Shown here one piece after another: positions 19,094 to 30,200 of a stretch of DNA of 64,000 bases; position 1 is the first letter of the stretch; the number at the start of each line of letters is the position of its first letter. A model generated the notes under the pieces. That model did no database searches. It saw only the letters and a list, made by a program, of their open reading frames with translations, and was not told the DNA's origin. The position numbers were made by a program, and so were the translations under genes. This DNA comes from Bacteroidales bacterium (GTDB lineage Bacteria; Bacteroidota; Bacteroidia; Bacteroidales; UBA1715), in contig JAGCOW010000060.1 in the NCBI GenBank assembly GCA_017642535.1, positions 475-64,474 of the forward strand. The letters run 5' to 3'.

Positions 19094-19897
19094 TTAACAA
19101 AGTGTGTATATTAACGTTACGATTGCCACAATCGCACAATATATCGCAAAATAAATCAGTTTGCCTTTCTTAACGATGTTAATCATCCAACGACAAGCAA
19201 AGCAACCAGCAACGAATGCCGTCAAAAATCCAACTATCATTGCCGATGGAGAAATGCCAGAAGCAACTGTCTCGTAACCATTTTTAGCAATTTTCAAAAC
19301 ATCAAGCAACGCCTCTCCAAGAATAGGAGGAATCACCATCAAAAATGAGAATTGAGCAAGATTTTCTTTCTTATTTCCCAACAACAAACCTGTTGCTATG
19401 GTAGAACCCGAGCGTGACAAACCCGGCATAACAGCACACGCTTGTGCAACACCGATAATAAAAGCGTCACGCAACGAAATCGTTTCTTTCTGACGAGGTT
19501 TCGCATAGTACGAGAATGCCAGCAGCGAAGCTGTAACGAGCAACATGATACCAACAACCAACAATCCCGAACCAAAGATTTCTTCAACCGTATCTTTGAA
19601 AAATACGCCGACAATTCCCACTGGAATCATTGAAATAAGGATATTGAAGAAATATCTCATTTCGTCGTTCATTTCAAATTTCAAACAACCTTTGAAAATC
19701 CAGACAATTTCCTTCCATAAAATAACAAACGTACTACATACCGTTGCAACATGCACAACCACATTGAATAACAAATTCTCCTCGCCCGAAAGTCCGAAGA
19801 AATGAGCACCAATCGTTAAGTGACCACTACTGCTGACGGGAAGATACTCCGTTAAACCTTGTATCAGCCCAAGTATAAATGCTTGCAAACAATCCAT
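19094..19897 (-). CDS. uppP: undecaprenyl-diphosphate phosphatase
   Basis: [12 protein letters not shown] and [10 protein letters not shown] motifs in a polytopic membrane protein. Confidence 0.9.
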   Translation of the reverse strand: MDCLQAFILGLIQGLTEYLPVSSSGHLTIGAHFFGLSGEENLLFNVVVHVATVCSTFVILWKEIVWIFKGCLKFEMNDEMRYFFNILISMIPVGIVGVFFKDTVEEIFGSGLLVVGIMLLVTASLLAFSYYAKPRQKETISLRDAFIIGVAQACAVMPGLSRSGSTIATGLLLGNKKENLAQFSFLMVIPPILGEALLDVLKIAKNGYETVASGISPSAMIVGFLTAFVAGCFACRWMINIVKKGKLIYFAIYCAIVAIVTLIYTLC

Positions 19898-19899
19898 TA

Positions 19900-20187
19900 C
19901 TATTCGTTTGATTTAGATTTTGGTTTCCAAAGGATAGCAAAAATTTCAAAGAAAAATCCGAACAAAATTACTATCGGAGCCAATGTCAACCGACGGAAGT
20001 TAAAAATGTCGGCTTCGCCTTCACCTGCTGTATAAAATACGTCGGGGTCGGTAGATGCACCACCTGACAACAAGACAAAACCTATAAATAAAATAATAAC
20101 ACCAATTAATATCAATATATAATTGGTAGTGCTAAAAGTAAAGTTTTTATCCTCTTTGGTGGATTTGAGTTGTTCTAAGATATTCAT
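19900..20187 (-). CDS. small membrane protein, DUF3098-like
   Basis: 95 aa with two TM segments. It sits between ftsX and uppP, as in many Bacteroidota. Confidence 0.6.
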   Translation of the reverse strand: MNILEQLKSTKEDKNFTFSTTNYILILIGVIILFIGFVLLSGGASTDPDVFYTAGEGEADIFNFRRLTLAPIVILFGFFFEIFAILWKPKSKSNE

Positions 20188-20188
20188 T

Positions 20189-21079
20189 TTAAATAATATA
20201 TAACTCGTCTTTATTTAGTTTCAAGAATTTGTTCAATGCAAAGAATGTCGCAATAAACGTCAGGAACATTCCTATCAAAATGACGGCCAAAAATACAACA
20301 CCTAATAGCTCAAAGTCAAGGAATTTTATAATTTCGTACGATCCTGCCTGTAAAAAATATAAAATACCCACCGTCAATGCCACGGCTATCAAACCGCTCA
20401 AGAAGCCCTGGAATGCTCCACGCAAAAGGAATGGCGAGCGAATGTAATGATTTGTTGCACCCACCAATTGCATTGTTTTTATCAAGAATCGTTTTGAATA
20501 AATCGACAAACGTATCGTGTTATGTATCAGCACGACAGAAACGCCGAACAATAACACACTTAACGCAAACAAAAACCAACTGATTTTTTTTATGTTGGAA
20601 TTGAGCGTTTGTATGTGTGACCTATCATAATGAATGGAATCAACTAATTCGTTATTTTTAAACTGTTGCTCAATCAGAATGAAATTTTCAGGAGTGGCGT
20701 ATTCCGCATAAAAATGTACTTCCAATGACGGTGGAATAGGATTTCCTTCCGCCAAATCAACGTAATTTTGCCCAAGAGTTGCCGCCAAACGTGCACTTGC
20801 CTCCTCGGCAGACACAAATTCCGTCTGTTTTACCATCTCCATCGCATCAACGGATTTACGCAATTCAAACATATCCGCATCCCGCACATCTGGTTTAAGA
20901 AACAATGTAAAACCGATTTTTTCCTTTACGTGATTTGACAAAGCCCTTTCGCTCGTCAGCAACAAACCTATCAAACTTAAAACAAACAAAACCAATGCAA
21001 CGCTTATCAAAGTTGATGTGTATGAAGTAAACATTCTTTGACGAATCACCTTGTTTTGCTTCTTTGTATTACGTCTCAT
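20189..21079 (-). CDS. ftsX: cell division permease FtsX-like
   Basis: One N-terminal TM segment, a periplasmic domain and three C-terminal TM segments, with an FtsX-like LVGAT motif. Confidence 0.8.
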   Translation of the reverse strand: MRRNTKKQNKVIRQRMFTSYTSTLISVALVLFVLSLIGLLLTSERALSNHVKEKIGFTLFLKPDVRDADMFELRKSVDAMEMVKQTEFVSAEEASARLAATLGQNYVDLAEGNPIPPSLEVHFYAEYATPENFILIEQQFKNNELVDSIHYDRSHIQTLNSNIKKISWFLFALSVLLFGVSVVLIHNTIRLSIYSKRFLIKTMQLVGATNHYIRSPFLLRGAFQGFLSGLIAVALTVGILYFLQAGSYEIIKFLDFELLGVVFLAVILIGMFLTFIATFFALNKFLKLNKDELYII

Positions 21080-21193
21080 CGTTACGAATATCCTTTATTA
21101 GAACCCAACAGAACATACCAACCCCACGTTAAAAAACTTTTGGCAAATATATGATTTTTTCAGTTTAATGAAAGAATGAACGACATTTATTCA

Positions 21194-21232
21194 GAAAAAA
21201 AGAAAGGCAATACCTTCTCGATATTGCCTTTC
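21194..21232 (-). terminator. rho-independent terminator of the giant gene
   Basis: An 11-bp perfect stem, GAAAGGCAATA (21202-21212) with TATTGCCTTTC (21222-21232), around a 9-nt loop. It is followed on the minus strand by a T8 run (plus-strand A-run 21194-21201). Confidence 0.8.
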
Positions 21233-21252
21233 CTTATTTATTCAATGTCAAG

Positions 21253-24200
21253 TTATTTCAACAAGACTTGCAACATTGATTGTTTGCCGTTGATTGTAAC
21301 AACCACGTAGTACATTCCTTTTACGTTGCCTGTCAAATCAATTTCCTTGGTAAATGTTCCTGCAGCCGATTCTGTTGATTTATAAACCAAACGACCTGAT
21401 TCAGAATAGATTGCAATCGAACATGTTTCTTCAGTATTCGTTTCAAAAGAAATGGTAAACAATCCTGTTGTCGGATTTGGATATGCTGTCATTGTTTGAA
21501 CGGCAACATCAGAAATTGCCACACCTCCGCCTCCTCCACCTTGTGAATTAACCGTCAATACGAATTGAGCAGATGTTCTGTCTCCCGCATCATCGATTGC
21601 ATACACGGTAATGATTTGCGAACCAGTCCAGTTCGGGTTAACGACTGAAATGGTAGCAAGACCAGAACTATTCGTCATAATAGAGATATTATCTCCACCT
21701 GCATCAATCTGCCAACGTAAATTTGACGTATTATCATCTGAGAAATACGATGCCAAATTAATGTTTGTAAATGTTTCTCCTGTGGTAATTGTTTGATCTG
21801 GAATTTTCTTTTCCAGAACAGGAGGTTCGTTCTGTTCTACGACGCTACATGGAATTGTTACCATTGCACCGCCAGTGGCTGTTACCGTAACAAGTGCCTG
21901 TCCGGTACCGACAGCTACAATTCTGCCATTGATAATAGATATGACATTCGAATTAGAACTTGTCAGCGTATAAGTTGGAGGATCAGCATCGGCTGGTTCG
22001 TATGTAAAGGACAATGTCTTGATTTGTCCCGGAGTCAACGTGAGAGACGTTTCTGAAGGAATAATCTCTGTAATCGATGTCTTTACAACAGTTACAACAC
22101 ACGTTGCCGAAGTGCCAGAATTATCATTTACCGTTGCCGTAATTGTTGCCACACCTTCGGCACGTGCCGTAATGGTACCAGTTGATGAAACGTAAGCAAC
22201 GTCGGTATTGTTAGACTGCCAAGTTACCGTCTTACAAGACGCATTCGATGGTTCTATCGTCGCTCTCAATTGTTTTTGTTCATCGACAAGCATTTCCATC
22301 GTTGAATAATTGAGAGAAAGTCTTGTCGCATAAATTGGATTGACAACAACCGACAAGGTAGTAGTCACACTTGGAGACGATACCGAAGCTACAGACAACA
22401 CAACCGAACCTGCAGCGACACCTGTAAGTATGTCATTTTCCATAGTTGCTACAACAGCATCACCATACGTTGCTGAAGTTCTTGTGATAGTCCACTTCAA
22501 CGACTTGTTGGTTGCATTTGCAGGATAGAAAATTATTTGCGGAGCCAAATCAACTGGCTCGCCAATATTGACATATACGACACTACCATTCGGATAAATC
22601 ATCTGAACAGGAATTGCCGTTGCCTGAACCGTCACGTTTGCCGTCGCTTTCTTTCCATTTGCAGCTGTGGCAGTTACTTTCGTAGTTCCTTCTGCTATAC
22701 CAGTAATCTTACCAGTATTTGTATTTATCGTCGCAACAGATTCATTTACAACCGACCATGTGATTGTTTTGTTTGTCACATTATTTGGCGTAATCAAGGC
22801 AGATAAAGTCTGTGATTCGCCAACGGCAAGCGACACATCGGAAATTGAAACTGATTCAACTTCTATTTCTTTCACTTCTACCATACAAGAGCCATATTTA
22901 CCATTAGCCGAAGTCGCCGTGATTGTTGCCGTACCTATACCATTAGCAGTTACTGTACCATACTGGTCAACAGAAGCAACAGAGATGAGACTCGATGACC
23001 ATACAAGCGATTTATTCGTCGCATTTGATGGAGTAATCGTCGGCTCTAACGATGACATTTCTCCTATGTGCATTGTCAACGATGCAGGTTCAATAGACAC
23101 ATTTGAGACAGTTACAACATTCAACGTAACCTTCACATTACACGTTGCAGCTATACCATTTGATGTAACAGCTGTTATGACAGCATCACCAACCGATTTG
23201 GCAGTAATCTTACCATATACATCTACCGAAACAATTGACGCATCAGAAGAAGACCAAGTAACCGACTTATTCGTTGTTTTTTCTGGCAATACCGTTGCAA
23301 CAAGTTGTTGTTGCTCATTTGTCAGCAACGTTGCATTGGTCGTATTCAACGAAATTGAAGTTGCCAACATCGGATTTACCTTGACTGATACCGTCTTTGT
23401 CAATCCATTACCCGTTTCTACTTCTATCAAAGTTGAACCAGCAGAAATTCCTTTTATAACACCATTATTTACCGTAGCTACACTTTCATCTTTCGATGAC
23501 CAGGTCAATACAGTGTCGGTAACATTTGACGGAGTCAACGTCGTTGTGATTTCCAACGTTTCATCTATTTCCAACGTACAACTTGTAGTCGACAAGGTAA
23601 TGGAAGTTGGTTCAATATCTTGAACAGTCAAGATACATTTCTCAGTTATTGCATTCGCCGATGTAGCAGTTATTTGCGTAGTACCAGCTTTTTTCGCTGT
23701 TACGACACCATTAGCGTCAACCGTGGCAATCGATTCATTAGAGGAAGCCCAAACAATCGTTTTGTCCGTCGCATTATCTGGATAAACTGTAGCATAGAGT
23801 TGTTCCGTACCATACACTCGCATTGAAAGATTTGACTCACTCAGCACAATCGAAGATACATCGACTGGTTTTGCTGTTATGACGCACGATGCAGCAACAC
23901 CATTATGTGCAGTTGCCGTAATCGTTACCGTACCTGCAGCAAGTATAGTGACATATCCATTTTCGACCGTTGCAATGCTTCTATTCGATGTCGTCCATGT
24001 CAGTTCTGTATTTGAAGCATCGTCAGGCAAAACCGTCGCAGCAATCTGGAATTTATCGCCAATATATTTTACAACAGAAGATTGAGTAAATTCAACCGAC
24101 GATACAGGAACTATATCCTTAATAATTTTCAGATTGACAATCTTTTGGAATGTTGAGTATCCATCGGAAACTGTCACGGTAATAGTTGTATTTCCTTCTG

Positions 24201-27200
24201 CTACAGGAGTAATCTTACCTGTTCTAGAAACAGTTGCATATGCTGTATTTGAACTTTCAAACAACGTATATTCTATACAAGCATTCGACGGTGTTGTCGT
24301 AACATTTATCTGTGCCGAACCTGTTTTGGTAATTTCAATAGATTCGTTGTCAACGCTTATCGATGTGATTTTAGTTGAACAGCCAGTCAAAACGACAGGA
24401 ATTGTAGCCGTTTTCTTCGTACCATACATATCGGTAACTTCTGCTGTGACGGTAACTGTTTTAGTTCCATACATCAAATTATTTGTCAACTCACCATCCG
24501 CATCTATTGAAGCATCAGAACCAGAAACACTCCAAACTATTGATTGAGTTGTAACTGCCGTTGGATTCAAAACCAACAATTTAGACAAATCTGCAGATTG
24601 GTTGATTGCCAACGAAACAGACTCTTGCGAGAACGAAGCCGAAGAAATTGACTTGTATGCGACAGTAACATTTACTTCTTTCGTCACATTACCCGAAGAT
24701 GCCGTAATGACAGCATCACCTTGACCAACAGCCGTAACAACACCCGTAGTCGAAACTGTTATTTTCGTCGGATCTGACGAAGCCCATGTGACATTCTTAT
24801 TGGTTGCATTGTCAGGCAAAACCTCGGCCGTCAATATATGCGTCTCACCGATTTCCATTGAAAGCGATGCCGGCGTTACGTTAATAGACTCTACAGCAAC
24901 AACATCCGACTCAACATTGACTGTAATCACCTTAGTGATATGGTTATACGTTTCAACTAGGATTGTCGCTGTTCCCTCGGCAACAGCCATTATCAAACCA
25001 TTCTCCGAAACAGTCACTTTCGATTCGTCCGATGATGACCATGTTAAATCTCTCTTCGTGGCATCTTCAGGTACAAAATCAACCGTAATTTGTTGCTCTC
25101 CACCGACAGTCAATGTAACATCTTCCGTACTTAATATTATATCTGTCAGGTATTTATCAGAAATCTGAATCGTGTAACTTCCTGAAACACTGCTTGCAGC
25201 CGTTGCTGTAATAGTGACATTTCCACTTGCCAATGCCGTAACGACACCCTTATCACTAACGGTTGCTATTGTTTCGTCAGACGAAGACCATGTAATCTTC
25301 TTATTCTCAGCATCTTGAGGAGTTATTTCCGCAGTCATTGTTTGTGTTGTTCCGACATACATCATCTTTGCCTGAGGAGTCACAACAACATCGGTAACGA
25401 CCTTTTCTGCGACAGTCAAAACACATTCAGCATAAGAATTTACATCCTGATTTGCAGTGGCACGAATCACCGTAGTACCATATTTTAATGGGGTAATTTG
25501 ACCATCTTCTACTGTAGCAACCGTTTCATCAGATGACGACCAAAGAATTTCTTCATCACAAGGATTATCCGTTGTGATTGCTGCCGTCAGCGTAAAACTT
25601 GAAGTCTTGTAAATTGTTTTTTCGGTCTCACTTATCACAACATCAACAGCTCCTGAATTACAATCCGAAGAAACATTTACCGTACAAGTCGCCAAAGTGA
25701 CGCCATTACCTGTCGTTGTAGCCGTAATTGTTGCAGAACCAACACCCATTGCATTCACAATACCGTTAGAAACCGTTGCTACCTGTGTATTTGAAGATGT
25801 CCATGTCACAACATTATCTTCGGTACACTCATCGTTTGGTGTGATTGTAGCAATTAACTGCTCGTACTGACCTTTAACCAAAGCCAAAGACGATTTATTC
25901 AAACTCAAAGTTATATCGCCAGAGCAATCTTTTGAAACATTTACTCTACAAACGGCCGTCTTAACCGAGAAGCCGTCATTCACCGAAATGGTTATGTCGC
26001 TATATCCCTTGGTTGTCAAGGCTGTCACCTCACCAACTTCCGAAACCGTTGCGACAGATTTGTCGGAACTTGAATAAGTTACCGACTTCACGCAAGCATT
26101 AGATGGCGTCAATGAATACATCACTTGTACTTTCTCACCATAGAACAAACTCAAATTCGCATTAGTGCTAACCAATGCCACCTCAGTAGGACAACCAGTA
26201 AGAGTTGCCTCGATTGTCTTTGTATATTCATTACCACTCTTATCTGTCACAACAACAGTGATTGTAACGTCCTCGGTTCCGTATGCCAATTTATTTGTCA
26301 AAACTCCGACACCGTTTACCGTAGCCGATTGAACATCGGAAACAGACCAATCGTATGATTCTATCGTAGCATTACTTGGCGAGAGCGACAAGTAACTTGC
26401 CAAGTTTATAGTTGCACCTTCCGAAACATAAACCTTTGATTGTGAGAACGAAACAGCTGTCAAAGGAACTTTCAACTCTTCTACTGCGAACGTAATAGAA
26501 ACAATAGAACTTGCCCCTTCGCTATCGGTAGCACGAACCTTTACTATGTCAGAGCCAATCCATTCGTCATCCTTCACACTTACCGACAAGACGCCCGAAG
26601 TAATTGTCACATTAAGATATTCCGACGGATTTACCAATTCGTATGTCAATGCCGATGATTCTGTAGCATCGTCGGTTGCAAAATTCGTCAAATTAATATT
26701 TGTGAACGAACCGCCTTGTTGAATTGTTTGAGCGGGTATTACAGCCCAGACTGGTGCTGCATTTATTGTAATTTCAACATCTTTACCGAAACGAATCTCG
26801 TCAATCGTAATTGTTCCCGAAGCCGAAGCAGAAGAACCTTTATCGAAATAGAACTTCATACCATATATTTCAGACGAATTTGCCGTGCCAAATTTGCCAG
26901 TAAAATCGAATGTATATGTTGTATATTCGTGACCAGCAGAACATTGTTCAGCAGCAACCGACGTTGCGGTCGTATTACCATTTGCATCGAACAATTCCAC
27001 GTAAAGCGATGTTGCAACGGTTGTTTTCAATGTTACCGAAGCATACGGATTTGAAGACAAATCCAATATCTTATAATCCTCATCTACAAGATTATACGTA
27101 ATTGCATCCGAAGCAGCTGACGTTCTATTATAGAGTACTTGCATATCGCCGCCGTTGTAATTCAACGTATACAAATCCGAAGATTCGCTCCAACCTTTCA

Positions 27201-30200
27201 CAGCAGGACGAATCACGTAATCAGTATAACCATCAACAACCGAAGGCGTTACAACATATTGAATTTCATATTCGTTGACTGTGCTCAAATCCTGAGAAAT
27301 CACCTTCACGTATGCCTTTCCGTCAAGACTCGAAGCCTGTGTAACTTCCAAATATGCTGCATCATCAGCAGCCACAGCCGAAACAGTTGGAATTGTCTCC
27401 ATTCCAGCCGGCAATGTCACAGTATAAGAATGAATGTTTTGATCAAATGACAATGACAATCCGTTATTCAACGATATTGATTGCAATTCCGCATTGTCAG
27501 ACAATGTAACAACGGTTTGAGATCCTGTAGCAACTCTCGGCCCTATTACCAAATTGTCTATGTATGCAGCTTTCTTACGAGGTTTCTTAGTATCGTCTGG
27601 ACCATACAAACCAAATCTAACTGCCACTATTGCTGTTTTTGTTATATAACTTGCAGTTGAAAAATTCAATGTTATGGTTCCCGTTGTAGAAGAACTTATC
27701 GTTTCTGATGGTGTAATATAATTCGACACATTACCATACACATCAACCAAAGCAACATTGAATGGGAAATATTCATTATCTACTGTTACACCATTCAATG
27801 TTTTTCCATTTGCTACGCCTACAATATCTAAAGAAACATTCAATGCAGAAGAACCGTCCAATACATAACCTGTTGGAAGATGATATTCTACATAACCATA
27901 ACTTTGTTCTGTTCCTTTTTGATCCAATGCCACACCTAATTTATATTCTGTTGTAGTTACCATTCCTGGCCCCATTCCAGAAGTTGTCGTTATCGTTTCC
28001 CAACTAACTTTGTGAATTTCATTATTAGTACTTACATTACCAATACCTGTTGTAAAATCGTCAGACCATTCTGTCACAATATTTTGCGACGACGCGGCTG
28101 CATAAGTTATCTCATATTGTTTCGTAGAACCATTTTCTGCTGTAACAGTAATAACAGTAGCTTCAGCAACCGTTTGTGCATAGTCAATGTCAACCATTGC
28201 ATTCGGGTCGGTAGCAATAGCAGTAATATATGGCACGTACGTCGTGTATAATCTTGCGACATAATTATATACTGTTGGTGAGAATGCAGGTGAAAGTTCA
28301 CCGCCGCCTAGTTCAAGTGTAGCAAGCGTTGCATCCGATGAAGCAGCAATCTTGAAACTTACCATATATGTCTCACTATTATAACCATTTGCTGAAATCA
28401 CCTTCACAGTTGCTTGGTCACTCAACGATTGTGCCTGAGTAACCGTTACCGAGGCTCTTTCGTGAACCGTCGTAGCAGAAATAGTAGGTACCTGCGTTGT
28501 CCCTGCTGGCAAAACGCATTCGTACATCAAAACCGACGTAGAAACCGTAGGTGTAATCTCGCCAATTGAAGCCGTCAACGTCTTGAGAGCAACACTCGAA
28601 TTCACCGATTGATTTTTCTGTTTGTATGTAGGAGACATTTCCTCCCAGTTATCAGCCATTTCTGGATAACGTCCATAACTTACATTTTCAGTTTGAACCC
28701 CAAATGAAACATTATCAATTACAACAAGTTCTCCATCAGCAGTAATTTGGCTCAAAACCACGTCTTCGCCTGTTGTTCCATTCAATGAGAAATCAAGGTG
28801 ATTTGCCCCAAGTTCTGGCTTTCCGTCAGCCCAGAACGTAATCCATTTCCCCGCCTGAACAGTTGTCAATGCTGAATTTGTCGTTGGTATTCTATATCGT
28901 AATGAGTAATTCAAAGAGTCGCTGATGAACAAACCGCCAAGATCTATCGCAGAACTCGTTCCATTATAAAACTCAATATAATCGCTATATGCACCCGTTT
29001 CGTCAGCCACAATCGAAGTATTTACAGCAAGGACTTCGTTGATTGTTATACCCGAAACTTCGTGTACTGTCGCCGTATTTGCATTCTTTGCATTTGGTGT
29101 CGGTGTCAGCAGGTAACGGAACGTTGATGATTCATTGGGATAGCGTCCATACGAGATATTTTCACCTTGATTTGAGTACGAAATCTGGTCAATAACATAG
29201 TTTTCAGAACCACGCAACTGCACAATTGCAATGTCACCTTTTTCGGCAGGCAACTTGAAATCAACGTGATTCGGATTGATTGCGGTCTGCTTGTCACACC
29301 AGAAAATATAATATCCACCAGCTTTAATCGTCGTTTTCGTCGGTTCACCTTTCGGAATCATATATTTATTCAGGTTATTCAAGTCGTTTGTCACGAACAA
29401 ACCACCCAAGTCAATATCCTTGTTTGTTGTATTATAAATTTCAAACCAATCGGCATACGAACCTGTTTCCTCTCGTACCGTGGAACTGTTTTTCGACATA
29501 AATTCATTGATTACCAAACCATCAACGTATGTTTCAGACATTATTGTATTTGTAGCCCTTGGTGTTGTCTTTGTAAAAATAATCATGTTGGAACTACCAT
29601 CAGGATAACGTCCGTATGACACATCGGTATTTTGCTGTGAATATCTTATTTTATCCAAAACTGTCATAGAACCCGCACTGTTCTTTTGAGAAAGAATGAT
29701 TACACCCGAAGAACGGTCCAACTTAAATGGAAGATGCAATGCACCGTCCTGTGATTCATTATCAGCCCAGAATAACACATAACCTCCTGCAGGAATCGTA
29801 GTTTCCTCCATCGCTCCATACGGAATCTTATACATCTCAAGATTTGTGCTGTCATCCGACAAATAAAGTCCGGCTAAATCGACAGCTGAATTGCCACCAT
29901 TATATATTTCAATCCAGTCTTCTGTTTTGTTGTTATCACTTAAAATATCAGTGCTGTTCGATGTAAGAAATTCGTTAATGTACAAATTCTTTTCCGTCGA
30001 ACGGTTTGAAAATACCGCAGTTATCGACGTATTATTTGTAATTGTTACAAAATACTCTGGGTCAGTTGACAATGTTGTATTTCCATTTTTCCAAGCCGAA
30101 AATTGATAGCCATTTTTCGGTTCTGCCGTCAGACGTATCGGGCGTTCTTTCTGATGTGCTGCGGAATAGTTGCTAGGAACTGGGATTGAACATACATACA

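Noticed and set aside
22667-23623. A 318-aa plus-strand ORF, along with 24134-24547, 24788-25168, 30852-31361 and other plus-strand ORFs, lies inside the giant minus-strand gene.
   Set aside because: These are antisense shadow ORFs. The Big_2 repeats are rich in Val/Thr/Ala/Ser codons whose complements rarely form stops. The translations are low-complexity with no start context, and the minus-strand frame is unbroken and domain-rich.
21850-26470. The periodic repeat structure might be mistaken for a CRISPR or satellite array.
   Set aside because: The period is ~240-270 nt, it lies within one ORF, and it is conserved at protein level only (Ig-like modules). There are no short identical direct repeats separated by unique spacers.
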